From NCBI GenBank assembly GCA_016200255.1, contig JACQFA010000022.1, positions 12,963 through 76,962 of the forward strand: DNA of 64,000 bases. The letters run 5' to 3'. How positions within the stretch are numbered: the first letter of the stretch is position 1; each line of letters begins with the position of its first letter. The notes under the pieces were generated by a model. That model was given only the letters and a program-made list of their open reading frames with translations, was not told the DNA's origin and did not search any database. Both the position numbers and the translations under genes were made by a program. Shown piece by piece: positions 49,223 to 58,473 of this stretch. Source of the stretch: Nitrospirota bacterium. GTDB lineage: Bacteria > Nitrospirota > Nitrospiria > JACQBZ01.

Positions 49223-49681
49223 TTAGGACGATTTTGCTAAAAGGTCCTTCACCACCTGTCCGACAACCGAGCCGTCGTCTCTTCCGACAACCTGGGGCAT
49301 CAGGATTTTCATGACCTTCCCCATGTCCTTTGGCCCGCTTGCACCCATTTCCTTGATCACGCTCTCCGTCTTGACCTTGAGCTCTTCCAGAGAAAGGGGC
49401 TGGGGAAGAAAGGTTTGTAGTATTTCGAGCTCTTTTTGCTCTTTGGCGACCAAGTCCATCCTTCCGCCTTTTGTGAAAAGTTCGATCGAATCCTTCCGCT
49501 GCTTCGTGGATGAAATCACCGTTTCCAAAACCTCCTGCTCCGTCAACGGATTATTCCTGCCTTTGGAGATCTCCTTGTTTTTGATGGAAGCTCGGAGCAA
49601 CCGGATGACCGAAACCTTGAGCGCATCCCCTTCGCGCATGGCCGTTTTCATTTCATCCAAGAGGCGTTGTTGTAGAGGCAT
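49223..49681 (-). CDS. yqeY: GatB/YqeY-domain protein
   Basis: Start at ATG MPLQQRLLDEMK; the track start is a TTG four codons upstream. Confidence 0.85.
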   Translation of the reverse strand: MPLQQRLLDEMKTAMREGDALKVSVIRLLRASIKNKEISKGRNNPLTEQEVLETVISSTKQRKDSIELFTKGGRMDLVAKEQKELEILQTFLPQPLSLEELKVKTESVIKEMGASGPKDMGKVMKILMPQVVGRDDGSVVGQVVKDLLAKSS

Positions 49682-49778
49682 AGGCGGGGCCAAACTATTT
49701 GAAAATAATAATTAAGTAAGAGTTCATTATAGCAGGCGGACCTATCCATGTCAAGGAAGTGTTGTAACCTATTTTTGA

Positions 49779-49807
49779 TTGACTCAAAATCATCTTTCTG
49801 ATATAGT
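49779..49807 (+). promoter_or_regulatory. Sigma-70-type promoter TTGACT-N17-TATAGT for the dksA-like gene
   Basis: AT-rich divergent intergenic region; the start codon at 49866 is preceded by AGAGGGA. Confidence 0.5.
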
Positions 49808-49865
49808 TTTGCATTCGCTCAGACGGCCGAACATACTTTCGGTAATTTCCATCAAAGAGGGACCC

Positions 49866-50270
49866 ATGGTCAAAAAAGACCGCAGAGAGAGAAAAGGACG
49901 CGATACGAAAGAAGGAAAATTCGACGAGATCAAGAAAGATCTTGAGCGCCAGAAGGCTGCTCTCCTGGCGGAATCCGGGGAGATCATCACGGGGGGCCTG
50001 AATCCGGGCGTGGAAAACTTCCCGGACATGACCGACCAGGCCTCGGCCGAAACGGACCAGAATTTTACGTTGCGTCTTCGTGAACGGGAGCAAAAACTAC
50101 TGAAGAAAATCGACGAAGCCTTGGAACGCATTACGGATGGAACCTTCGGAATCTGCGAAAGTTGCGGGGGGGGAATTTCGCTAAAGAGACTGGAAGCCCG
50201 GCCTGTCACAACGCTTTGCATCGAATGCAAAACACGGCAGGAGGCCGATGAGAAAATCCGCGAATCCTAA
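49866..50270 (+). CDS. DksA/TraR-family C4 zinc-finger protein
   Basis: 134 aa; coiled-coil then CESCGGGISLKRLEARPVTTLCIEC. Confidence 0.75.
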   Translation: MVKKDRRERKGRDTKEGKFDEIKKDLERQKAALLAESGEIITGGLNPGVENFPDMTDQASAETDQNFTLRLREREQKLLKKIDEALERITDGTFGICESCGGGISLKRLEARPVTTLCIECKTRQEADEKIRES

Positions 50271-50275
50271 ATCAA

Positions 50276-50350
50276 TGGTAGGCGATGCTGGGATTGAACC
50301 AGCGACCTCTTGCGTGTGAAGCAAGCGCTCTACCACTGAGCTAATCGCCC
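50276..50350 (-). tRNA. tRNA-Val (anticodon CAC), CCA encoded
   Basis: Reverse complement GGGCGATTAGCTCAGTGGTAGAGCGCTTGCTTCACACGCAAGAGGTCGCTGGTTCAATCCCAGCATCGCCTACCA; anticodon loop TTCACAC. Confidence 0.8.
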
Positions 50351-50474
50351 TCCGTGAGGAACGTTTGTAACACAGCCGGTGTGCCATGTCAATCAGAGAA
50401 TCAAGTTCCATTACAGACCCAATAAGGTCCGAGGCTATTCGGATCAGGATCATGATTAAAACAAAGGAGAGTTC

Positions 50475-51188
50475 ATGTTATTTCGACTGATCGCAATCAT
50501 TGCAACGGGACTGCTGGCCGCTTCGGTTCACGCGGCCGACACCGCGGCTCTTAAGACACAAAAGGACAAGGTCAGTTACAGTATCGGGATGGATATCGGA
50601 AAGAATTTGAAGAAACAGTCGATTGAAGTGGATACTGATCTTCTGGCGCGCGGCATCAAAGATGCCATTGCAGAGGGAAAAACCCTGCTCACGGATGAGG
50701 AAGTCAAGACCGTCATGACGACCTTCCAGAAAGAAATGCAAGCCAAGACGGCCGCGCGCGCAAAAGAAGTCGGAGATAAAAACATGAAGGAAGGCGAAAC
50801 TTTTTTGGCCGAAAACAAGAAGAAGGAGGGCGTCGTCACCCTCCCAAGCGGTCTGCAGTATAAAATCATCACGACCGGCAATGGCAAGAAACCCAAAGCC
50901 ACCGATACCGTCACGACCCAATATCGGGGCACGCTGATTGACGGCACCGAGTTTGACAGTTCGTACAAGCGCGGCCAGCCGGCCAGTTTTCTGGTCAAGG
51001 GCGTGATTCCCGGTTGGACCGAGGCTCTGCAATTGATGCCGGTCGGCTCGAAATGGCAACTCTTTATCCCATCGGGTCTCGCTTACGGCCCGCGGGGCGC
51101 AGGACAGACGATCGGACCAAATGCCAGCCTGATCTTTGAAGTCGAACTGCTCTCGATCCAAGATGAAAAGAAAACTCCGAAGGAATAG
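50475..51188 (+). CDS. fkpA: FKBP-type peptidyl-prolyl cis-trans isomerase with N-terminal dimerisation domain (FkpA/Mip-like), secreted
   Basis: 237 aa; signal peptide; FKBP domain with GxIPGWxEAL and LIFEVELL. Confidence 0.85.
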   Translation: MLFRLIAIIATGLLAASVHAADTAALKTQKDKVSYSIGMDIGKNLKKQSIEVDTDLLARGIKDAIAEGKTLLTDEEVKTVMTTFQKEMQAKTAARAKEVGDKNMKEGETFLAENKKKEGVVTLPSGLQYKIITTGNGKKPKATDTVTTQYRGTLIDGTEFDSSYKRGQPASFLVKGVIPGWTEALQLMPVGSKWQLFIPSGLAYGPRGAGQTIGPNASLIFEVELLSIQDEKKTPKE

Positions 51189-51220
51189 TGGGGTCTTGTA
51201 AAGACTCTTCTTGGTCTCGT

Positions 51221-54200
51221 TCACGAAGCCGGGTTTACAACCGCCTCAATGGCCCCTTGATCGGATTGGCTGCCACCCCCTTTAAACCGTGGGGTCCGTT
51301 GCGTTTCACGGCCATCCAAGAAAAGATAGAGAGTGGGCAGTACAATCAATGTCAATAACGTGGCCGAGACCAAACCGCCGATGATGACGACAGCCAGCGG
51401 CTTCTGGACTTCCGATCCGATTCCGGTTGACAGAGCCATCGGAAGCAGGCCCAGCATGGCCAGCAGGGCCGTCATCAAGACGGTGCGCAGCCGGACGAGG
51501 GCCCCCTGCAACACCGCATCGAACGGGCCGAGGCCTGACTCCCGAAGTTGATTGAAATAGCTTACCATCACGACGCCATTGAGCACCGCCTGTCCGAAGA
51601 GCGCGATAAAACCGATCGCGGCCGAGACGCTCAACGGCATGCCTGTGATCAACAGGATCAGGATTCCGCCGATCAGGGCAAAGGGAACATTCAATAGAAT
51701 GAGTAAGGCGTGTTTGACCGACTGGAAGGCGTCGAAGAGAAGGACAAAGATCAGAAAAATGCTGATCGGGACGATCATTTGGAGGCGCGCCATCGCCCGC
51801 TGCTGATTTTCAAACTCGCCGCTCCACGTGGTGAAGTAACCGGGTGGAAAGGAGACGCCGGCCTTTACCTTCTCCTGCATTTCACGGACCACGCTTCCCA
51901 TGTCCCGATCCCGGATGAAAATCCCGATGGCGGCGACCCGCGTTGCGGATTCGCGGCTGATGTTCATCCGGCCGCTTCCCATTGAAACGGCGGCCACCTG
52001 CTCGATCGGAATCCGAAGCCCGGCGGGTGTGTCAATCAGTATATTCTTGATCGCCGTGATGTCGCGCCGCTCCTCCGGATGCAGACGGACGACCACGTCG
52101 AATTGTTTTTCCCCTTCCCAGATTTGGGTAGCGGATTTGCCCCCCAGCGTCGTTTCAATAAAGTCCTGGATGTCCGAGACATTCAGTCCGTAGCGGGCGG
52201 CCCGCGCCCGATCGATCTCGATCTGCAATTGAGGAACCTCGCCCGGTCGATCGATAAAAGCCCGCGCCACTCCGCGGACGGGAGAAATGGTGCGAAGCAC
52301 CTCCTCGGCCTTCTGTTGCAAGGTGGCGGTCTCCTCACCGAAAACCTTGATCACGATCTGACCGTCGACCTGTGAAATGCTCTCCAGGATATTATCCCGA
52401 ATCGGTTGCGAGAAACTTACTTCAATGCCGGGTATCGCCTCCAGCGCTTGGTCCATCTGCCGGATGAGTTCTTCCTTCGTGATCTTCCGAGACCATTGCT
52501 CGGGCGGTTTTAAGTCCACATAGATCTCGGCCATATTGATCGGTTTCGGATCGGTTCCGTCTTCCGGCCGTCCGGTCTTGGAGACGACCGTTACGACCTC
52601 CGGAAATTGATGAAGGATTTTCCGAATTCGGGAGCATTGTCGGGTCGCCTCGCTGACCGAAATGCTGGGTGGAAAATTGACATTAACCCAGATGGTGCCC
52701 TCATTCAGTTCGGGGAGAAACTCGCTCCCCAAGTAAGGCACCAACGACAACGTAAGGGCCAGCGCGCCGAGCGATGCCGCGATCACCACTTTGGGACGGC
52801 GGAGCGCCATCTCCAAAGCCGGTTTGTAGAGGCGCTTGCACGCTCTCACCAGGGCATTTTCCTCTTTCGGAAGGCGGCCTCTTAAAAGGTAGAAACTTAG
52901 CAGCGGCACCAGCGTCAGTGAAAAGAGCAAAGAACCAATCAGCGCCGAGATGATGGTATAGGCCATGGGCGCGAAGATACGGCCTTCATGACGTTGCAGG
53001 GCAAAAATGGGGATGTGCGCGATAATAATGATCAACATTGAAAAGAGGGTGGGCCGTCCGACCTCGGTAGTGGCCTCGATGATCGCGGCCCGCATTGAAT
53101 CCCGCCCGCGGACCAGAGACTCCTCCGAGAGCCTCCGGAAAATATTTTCGATCACAATGACGGCTCCATCCACAATGATCCCGAAATCCATTGCGCCCAG
53201 TGAAAGGAGGTTGGCCGGTATCCCACGCAGCTTCAATCCAATGAAGGTGGCCAGGAGTGAAAGGGGAATCAAAATGGCCACGATGCCGGCCGACTTGAAA
53301 TGACCCAAGAAAAGGTATAGCACCAGCGCCACCAGAAGGGCGCCTTCCAGAAGGTTTTTGAAAACGGTTTTCAGCGTGGTGTGAATGAGCCAGGTGCGAT
53401 CATAAAAGGGAATGATGCTGACACCCTTGGGTAACACGGTTTGATTAAGTTCAAAAACCCGTTTTTTAACTTCCTGAAGGACTTCCGACGGGTTTTCCCC
53501 TTTTCGCATCACGACAATTCCGGTCACCGCCTCATCTTCCTCATCCTGACCGACGTTCCCCTGTCGGGGGACAAACCCCACGCCGATCTCGGCCATGTCC
53601 TTGATCAGGACCGGAGTGCCGTTTCGCTCGGCAACCACGATGTGGCCGATATCGTCGCTGGAGCGCAACAGGCCGATCCCCCGGATGAGATATTGCTGCT
53701 CACCCTGTTCGAGATAGCTGCCCCCGGCATTCGCGTTTCCTCTTCCAAGCGCCGTGAAGATTTGCTGCATCGAAACGTTATAAGCCTTCGCCTTGAGCAA
53801 ATCCAGACGAACCTCATACTGTTTGATGAATCCTCCCAGGCTCACGACATCTGCCACACCCGGGATCATTTTGAGAGAGCGGACGACCACCCAATCCTGC
53901 AGGGTTCTTAACTCGGTGGGAGTGTTGTGATCGCCCTTGAGCCGATAACGGTAGATCTCTCCGATAGGCGATGAAAGCGGCGCCAGATTGGGTTGCACCC
54001 CTTGCGGGAGATCCGCCGACTGCAACCGTTCCAGAACCTGCTGCCGCGCAAAATAATCGTTCACCTGATCGTCAAAGGTCAGCATGATGAACGACAGCCC
54101 AAACTGGGTGTGCGAGAACATTCGGACCGAATGGGGCAGTCCGCTCAAACCGATCTCCAGCGGGATGGTCACCTGTTTTTCGACTTCTTCGGCGGCATGT

Positions 54201-54367
54201 CCCGGAAACAGGCTGATCACCGTTACCTGGACGTCGGACACGTCCGGAAAGGCTTCGATGGGAAGGGACCGGAAAGCAGCGATGCCCCCCCCGATGAAGA
54301 GAAGGGTCAGCATCGCCAAAAAAAGAGGCTGGTTCAGGGCGAGGGAAACGATCCGTTTGACCATCAT
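51221..54367 (-). CDS. czcA: Heavy-metal-efflux RND permease (CzcA/CusA family)
   Basis: 1048 aa; 12 TM, two large periplasmic loops; HME-type TM4 signature DFGIIVDGAVIVIENI. Confidence 0.85.
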   Translation of the reverse strand: MMVKRIVSLALNQPLFLAMLTLLFIGGGIAAFRSLPIEAFPDVSDVQVTVISLFPGHAAEEVEKQVTIPLEIGLSGLPHSVRMFSHTQFGLSFIMLTFDDQVNDYFARQQVLERLQSADLPQGVQPNLAPLSSPIGEIYRYRLKGDHNTPTELRTLQDWVVVRSLKMIPGVADVVSLGGFIKQYEVRLDLLKAKAYNVSMQQIFTALGRGNANAGGSYLEQGEQQYLIRGIGLLRSSDDIGHIVVAERNGTPVLIKDMAEIGVGFVPRQGNVGQDEEDEAVTGIVVMRKGENPSEVLQEVKKRVFELNQTVLPKGVSIIPFYDRTWLIHTTLKTVFKNLLEGALLVALVLYLFLGHFKSAGIVAILIPLSLLATFIGLKLRGIPANLLSLGAMDFGIIVDGAVIVIENIFRRLSEESLVRGRDSMRAAIIEATTEVGRPTLFSMLIIIIAHIPIFALQRHEGRIFAPMAYTIISALIGSLLFSLTLVPLLSFYLLRGRLPKEENALVRACKRLYKPALEMALRRPKVVIAASLGALALTLSLVPYLGSEFLPELNEGTIWVNVNFPPSISVSEATRQCSRIRKILHQFPEVVTVVSKTGRPEDGTDPKPINMAEIYVDLKPPEQWSRKITKEELIRQMDQALEAIPGIEVSFSQPIRDNILESISQVDGQIVIKVFGEETATLQQKAEEVLRTISPVRGVARAFIDRPGEVPQLQIEIDRARAARYGLNVSDIQDFIETTLGGKSATQIWEGEKQFDVVVRLHPEERRDITAIKNILIDTPAGLRIPIEQVAAVSMGSGRMNISRESATRVAAIGIFIRDRDMGSVVREMQEKVKAGVSFPPGYFTTWSGEFENQQRAMARLQMIVPISIFLIFVLLFDAFQSVKHALLILLNVPFALIGGILILLITGMPLSVSAAIGFIALFGQAVLNGVVMVSYFNQLRESGLGPFDAVLQGALVRLRTVLMTALLAMLGLLPMALSTGIGSEVQKPLAVVIIGGLVSATLLTLIVLPTLYLFLDGRETQRTPRFKGGGSQSDQGAIEAVVNPAS

Positions 54368-54498
54368 AACTTACGTTGGCCCTGCCTTGACCGAAGGAAG
54401 GAACGTAAGAAGGATCCTGGATCGGTCCTGCACTGTCGGGGGGAAGTTAAAATCTTTGGTGCTGGTTTTCTTAAAAATTGAGCCGCTCATCCGGTTTT

Positions 54499-55677
54499 TT
54501 AATTGGAATCGTTTAATAAGTTTTGAAAAAGAATGCCTCCCGCAACGACCACTTCGTCGCCCGCTTGAATTCCCTGACCGATGGCTGCCACCGGCCCCGA
54601 GATGGTCTGGGGGAGAACCACGCGACGGCTGTATCGATTCGGTCCGGTTCGGACAAACAGAACATACTGATCCCCGTCACGCAGAAGAGACGAGACGGGA
54701 ACGGTCGGGAGTGAAGGGCCGTCCCGTTTAGCCAGGAGGGAAACCCGGGCGAACATCTCCGGCTTGAGAAGCCCGTTGGGGTTCTCAATCTGGCAGCGCA
54801 GCTTGAGGGTTCGCGTTACGGGGTCAACGAGATCGCTGGTATATGTGACCCGGCCGCTGAAGGTTCGATTGGGATACGATTCCGTCGTGATTTTGGCCGT
54901 CTGGCCAAGGGCCACGCGCGTCAGATCCTTCTCGGAAAGATCCGCCACCGCGATGACTCGAGAGAGATCGGCCACGGTAAAGAGGTTCTGGGCCGGATCA
55001 TTCCCGACCGTCTGTCCAAGGATGGCGCTTCGCTCAACGACCGTTCCCTGAATGGGAGAACGAAGAAAGACGGTGGAGCGGATCGGCTGCCGGTCAACTG
55101 GTTCTTCGAGATCTTTGTCCGGAACATGAAGGTTCAGGAGGCGTTCCTTGGTCCGGACAAACTCCGCCTCCGCTTTTTGGAAATCATTTTCGGCCTGATG
55201 CAGGTCCTTCCGGGAAATGGCTTTTCCAGAAAAAAGATCCTGAGCCAATTCAACGCTGTGTCGGGCCAGGGTCAAGTCGGAATTGGCCTTGATGAAGTCG
55301 GCGTAGGCCGAGCCGATTTCCGGGCTTTCAATCACCAGAAGCGGATCCCCGGCAGCCACTCGATCTCCCAACTTCGCCCGGACTTCGACGACACGGCCGA
55401 CCACCGGGGAGGAGACCTTGCTGTACCGGTCATCATCGTACTGAATTTTTCCGGGCAGAACGACCTCTCCTTTTTCCGGTTGGAGCTCAACGGTCTCGAC
55501 CTGCAGGGTCGAGGCCATTTTGGGTGAAAGCTGAATCTCGCCCGATCCAATGACGGTTGCCCCGGAGGCCGCTACGGTCACGCCCTCGGAGTTTTGGGCA
55601 CAGGACGCCACAAACAGGATCAGGCTGAGGAACATGGCACAGAAAGTCATGAAGAGTATCACGTTATCTCGCTTCAT
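54499..55677 (-). CDS. czcB: RND efflux periplasmic adaptor (membrane fusion protein, CzcB/CusB-like)
   Basis: 392 aa; signal/TM, then biotinyl-lipoyl-like, beta-barrel and MP domains. Confidence 0.8.
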   Translation of the reverse strand: MKRDNVILFMTFCAMFLSLILFVASCAQNSEGVTVAASGATVIGSGEIQLSPKMASTLQVETVELQPEKGEVVLPGKIQYDDDRYSKVSSPVVGRVVEVRAKLGDRVAAGDPLLVIESPEIGSAYADFIKANSDLTLARHSVELAQDLFSGKAISRKDLHQAENDFQKAEAEFVRTKERLLNLHVPDKDLEEPVDRQPIRSTVFLRSPIQGTVVERSAILGQTVGNDPAQNLFTVADLSRVIAVADLSEKDLTRVALGQTAKITTESYPNRTFSGRVTYTSDLVDPVTRTLKLRCQIENPNGLLKPEMFARVSLLAKRDGPSLPTVPVSSLLRDGDQYVLFVRTGPNRYSRRVVLPQTISGPVAAIGQGIQAGDEVVVAGGILFQNLLNDSN

Positions 55678-56921
55678 TTTAGGTTCCCTCCAAAAATTCC
55701 CTCCCCCACTGCGCCTTCCAGGTTCGCAAGCCCTCTCTGAGCATTGAAGAGCGCCTGGGCGTAGTTGAGACGGGTGGTGTTGTAGGTTCTTTCGGCGTCC
55801 AAGAGGTCCAGAAGTGCCGCGCCCCCTTTTTGGTAGGCGTTCTCGACGATACCCTGACTTTCCTGGGCGTCCCTGAGCAGGCCGCTCTCGAATGCATTGA
55901 TCAGTGACAGGTTCTGGGTCACTTCCTGATAAGCTCGCTCGACCTCCAACAAAACTTTCTGGCGGATCTGTTCGAGCTGAGTCTGGGACGATTTCACCAT
56001 CCGGTCGGCTTTCTGAATCTCTCCTTGATTTCGATTGAAGAAGGGGAGAGGAATGCTGATTCCAGCTCCCACGGAGGGATGATAATCCGGCGCGATGGCG
56101 TCGTACTCGGCTCCCACCGTAAAATCGGGTGTCCGCTGGGCTTGGGCCAGCTTCAATTGGCTCTCGTTTTGATGAACCTGCTCTTCCTGGGACAGGAAAT
56201 CGGAACGATGAAGAAGCGCCCGCTCCTGAAGCGAAGATAGCGAGGGGAAATCCGGCCGCTGTCTCATCTCCCCGACCGCCTCGATTTCCTTCGTGGGAGG
56301 AAGAGCCAAGAATCCTTTCAGATCGCTCTTGGCGCTCTGCAACTCCAGGGTTGCCGCAATCATATCGTTCTGAAAGTCCAGTTTCTGAAGCCGGGTTTTG
56401 ATCAACTCCGCCTCGGATATTCCTCCACGCTCAAACCGAATCGTGTTGACGCGGAGGATCTCTTCAAACCGCTCAAGATTTTCTTTGGCCAGGGTCAGGT
56501 GCTCCCGGGCCAGGAGGACCGAATAGAACGCCTGCTTCACCTCCATAATCAATTGCCGTGTCACATCGATGAATTGCTGCTCCCGGGCGCGGGCTCCGGC
56601 CTCAGCCGCCTCATGTCGGAGTCTTCTCTTTCCGGCGGTTTCGATCAAGTAGTCCAAACGGGCCGAAAACTGTGAACCCGCCAGTTGATCCGCTCGGGGA
56701 TTAATAAAAGTCCCATTGATCGAAAGTTGGGGGTTCGGGAGCAGTCCCGCCGTCAGAACATCCGCCCGACTGGCCTCCACCTGAAACCGTTCGGCCACCA
56801 GTTCCAGATTCTGCCGCTGGAAAAACTCAAGGGCATCGGCAAGGGTCATCCGGAGCGGTTTGTCATCGGCCAACGCAACCGAGCTGAAAAAAGGCGCGAA
56901 GGCCACCGAAAGCAACATCAT
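55674..56921 (-). CDS. czcC: Outer-membrane efflux protein (TolC/CzcC family)
   Basis: Start taken at ATGATG (MMLLSVAFAPFFSSVALA signal). The track start at 56957 is a TTG 12 codons upstream. Confidence 0.8.
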   Translation of the reverse strand: MMLLSVAFAPFFSSVALADDKPLRMTLADALEFFQRQNLELVAERFQVEASRADVLTAGLLPNPQLSINGTFINPRADQLAGSQFSARLDYLIETAGKRRLRHEAAEAGARAREQQFIDVTRQLIMEVKQAFYSVLLAREHLTLAKENLERFEEILRVNTIRFERGGISEAELIKTRLQKLDFQNDMIAATLELQSAKSDLKGFLALPPTKEIEAVGEMRQRPDFPSLSSLQERALLHRSDFLSQEEQVHQNESQLKLAQAQRTPDFTVGAEYDAIAPDYHPSVGAGISIPLPFFNRNQGEIQKADRMVKSSQTQLEQIRQKVLLEVERAYQEVTQNLSLINAFESGLLRDAQESQGIVENAYQKGGAALLDLLDAERTYNTTRLNYAQALFNAQRGLANLEGAVGEGIFGGNLK

Positions 56922-57000
56922 CTTGATCCACCGATTCGATTCTTTTGTCCAGTTCAACGGATGAAGATCTCCCCTAATACAGACTCTGTCCTAAGTGATG

Positions 57001-57016
57001 AGCAAGTCTTATGCCT
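57001..57016 (-). promoter_or_regulatory. Sigma-54 (-24/-12) promoter candidate upstream of czcC
   Basis: The minus strand reads AGGCAT-AAGAC-TTGCT, matching TGGCAC-N5-TTGCW in GG/GC spacing. It lies 66 nt downstream of the sigma-54 activator gene and about 80 nt upstream of czcC. Confidence 0.5.
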
Positions 57017-57081
57017 GCGAAAGAAGGTTCTGGATTGGAGGAATTTTGAGAAAGTGGGTGGGAAAACCCGAATCCGGGTGT

Positions 57082-58473
57082 TCAATCCCTACCGGGGGTG
57101 AGACCGTACCGACGGATTTTAAGGCGAAGCGTCTTGTAATCGACCCCCAGAGCCTTGGCCGCATTGATCCTGTTCCAATGGGTTTGATGGAGGGTTTTCA
57201 AGAGAAGGTTCCGTTCAGCCTCTTCCGCGGCCTGACGGCCGACTTCTCGGAGAGAACCGGTTCCGGTTCTCTCCAACGAACCCGGCGCATCTGCAGGGAG
57301 AGGGACATCGATGGGGTAGAGGTGCAGTTCTCGGGGGGTGATCGTTTTTCCATCCGAGAGGATGATCGCCCGCTCAAGCAGATTCCCCAGCTCGCGGACG
57401 TTTCCTGGATAATTGTAATGCACCAGCGCCTCCAAAGCTTCCTGAGAGAGCTGGACCTTTCGCTTCCCTTCTGCCTCAAGTTTTTTCAAGTAGTGCTCCG
57501 CCAGAAGCGGGATATCTTCCTTGCGATCTCGCAACGGTGGGATGGTGATCGGTACCACGTTCAGGCGGTAGAAGAGGTCTTCCCGGAATCGGCCGGCGCG
57601 AACCTCTTCTTGGAGGATTTTATTGGTTGCGGCGATCACCCGGACATTGACCCGGTGGGTGCGGGTTCCGCCAACGCGTTCAAACTCCATTGTCTGAAGC
57701 ACCCGGAGCAGTTTTCCCTGAAGGTTGGCATCCATCTCGGCCACTTCATCCAAGAAGAGCGTTCCCCGATCGGCCAGCTCAAAACGTCCCGGCTTGGCCG
57801 ATATCGCACCGGTAAACGCCCCCTTCTCGTGTCCAAAAAATTCACTCTCCATCAGCTCTTTGGGAACGGCAGCGCAATTGACGACAATAAAGGGGGCGTC
57901 TTTTCGAGGACTCATTTGATGAATGGCCCGGGCCGCGAGGTCTTTTCCCGTTCCGGTTTCACCTTGAACCAAGACCGTGGCCTTGTCATCCTGGGCGACC
58001 TTCGTAATCATCCGGTGTATGTTCTGCATGGCCGGGCTCTTCCCGACCAGTGGAGTGGAGGACGGATAAAGGCCCAATTCCTCCTTAAGGTAAACGTTCT
58101 CTCGCAGGATCTCGAGATTTTTAATCGCCCGCTGAACCGTGATGAGCAACTCTTCCTTTGAAAAGGGTTTGGTGACATAGTCATAGGCCCCTTCCCGCAT
58201 CGCCTTGACCGCGGTTTGAATGGTCCCATGAGCTGTCATAATGATGACGGAGAGATCAGGATGGATTTTCCGGAGCCGTTGCAATAACTCAACCCCGTCC
58301 ATTTGGGGCATCTTCAGGTCGCTGATAACCAGATCAAAGGATTGCGTCTGGGCCAGCGCCAATGCGGTTTCCGGATGGGTTTGGGTGGTGACGTCGAATC
58401 CCTCGTGTGACAGAATTTCTCCGAGGATGCCGGCCTGAACTTTTTCATCATCAACGATCAGGACGCTATGCAT
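57082..58473 (-). CDS. Sigma-54-dependent response regulator (REC-AAA+-HTH, ZraR/NtrC family)
   Basis: Start MHSVLIVDDEK with GGAGAG RBS; GETGTGKD Walker A; GAFTGA motif (FGHEKGAFTGA). The track's 96-aa N-extension overlaps the kinase gene and is rejected. Confidence 0.85.
   Translation of the reverse strand: MHSVLIVDDEKVQAGILGEILSHEGFDVTTQTHPETALALAQTQSFDLVISDLKMPQMDGVELLQRLRKIHPDLSVIIMTAHGTIQTAVKAMREGAYDYVTKPFSKEELLITVQRAIKNLEILRENVYLKEELGLYPSSTPLVGKSPAMQNIHRMITKVAQDDKATVLVQGETGTGKDLAARAIHQMSPRKDAPFIVVNCAAVPKELMESEFFGHEKGAFTGAISAKPGRFELADRGTLFLDEVAEMDANLQGKLLRVLQTMEFERVGGTRTHRVNVRVIAATNKILQEEVRAGRFREDLFYRLNVVPITIPPLRDRKEDIPLLAEHYLKKLEAEGKRKVQLSQEALEALVHYNYPGNVRELGNLLERAIILSDGKTITPRELHLYPIDVPLPADAPGSLERTGTGSLREVGRQAAEEAERNLLLKTLHQTHWNRINAAKALGVDYKTLRLKIRRYGLTPGRD

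Noticed and set aside
54368-54498. Inverted repeat CTTACGTT...AACGTAAG in the czcB-czcA intercistronic spacer
   Set aside because: An 8-bp stem with a 24-nt loop is weak. Without conservation it is at most a possible mRNA processing or stability element, and was not promoted to a finding.
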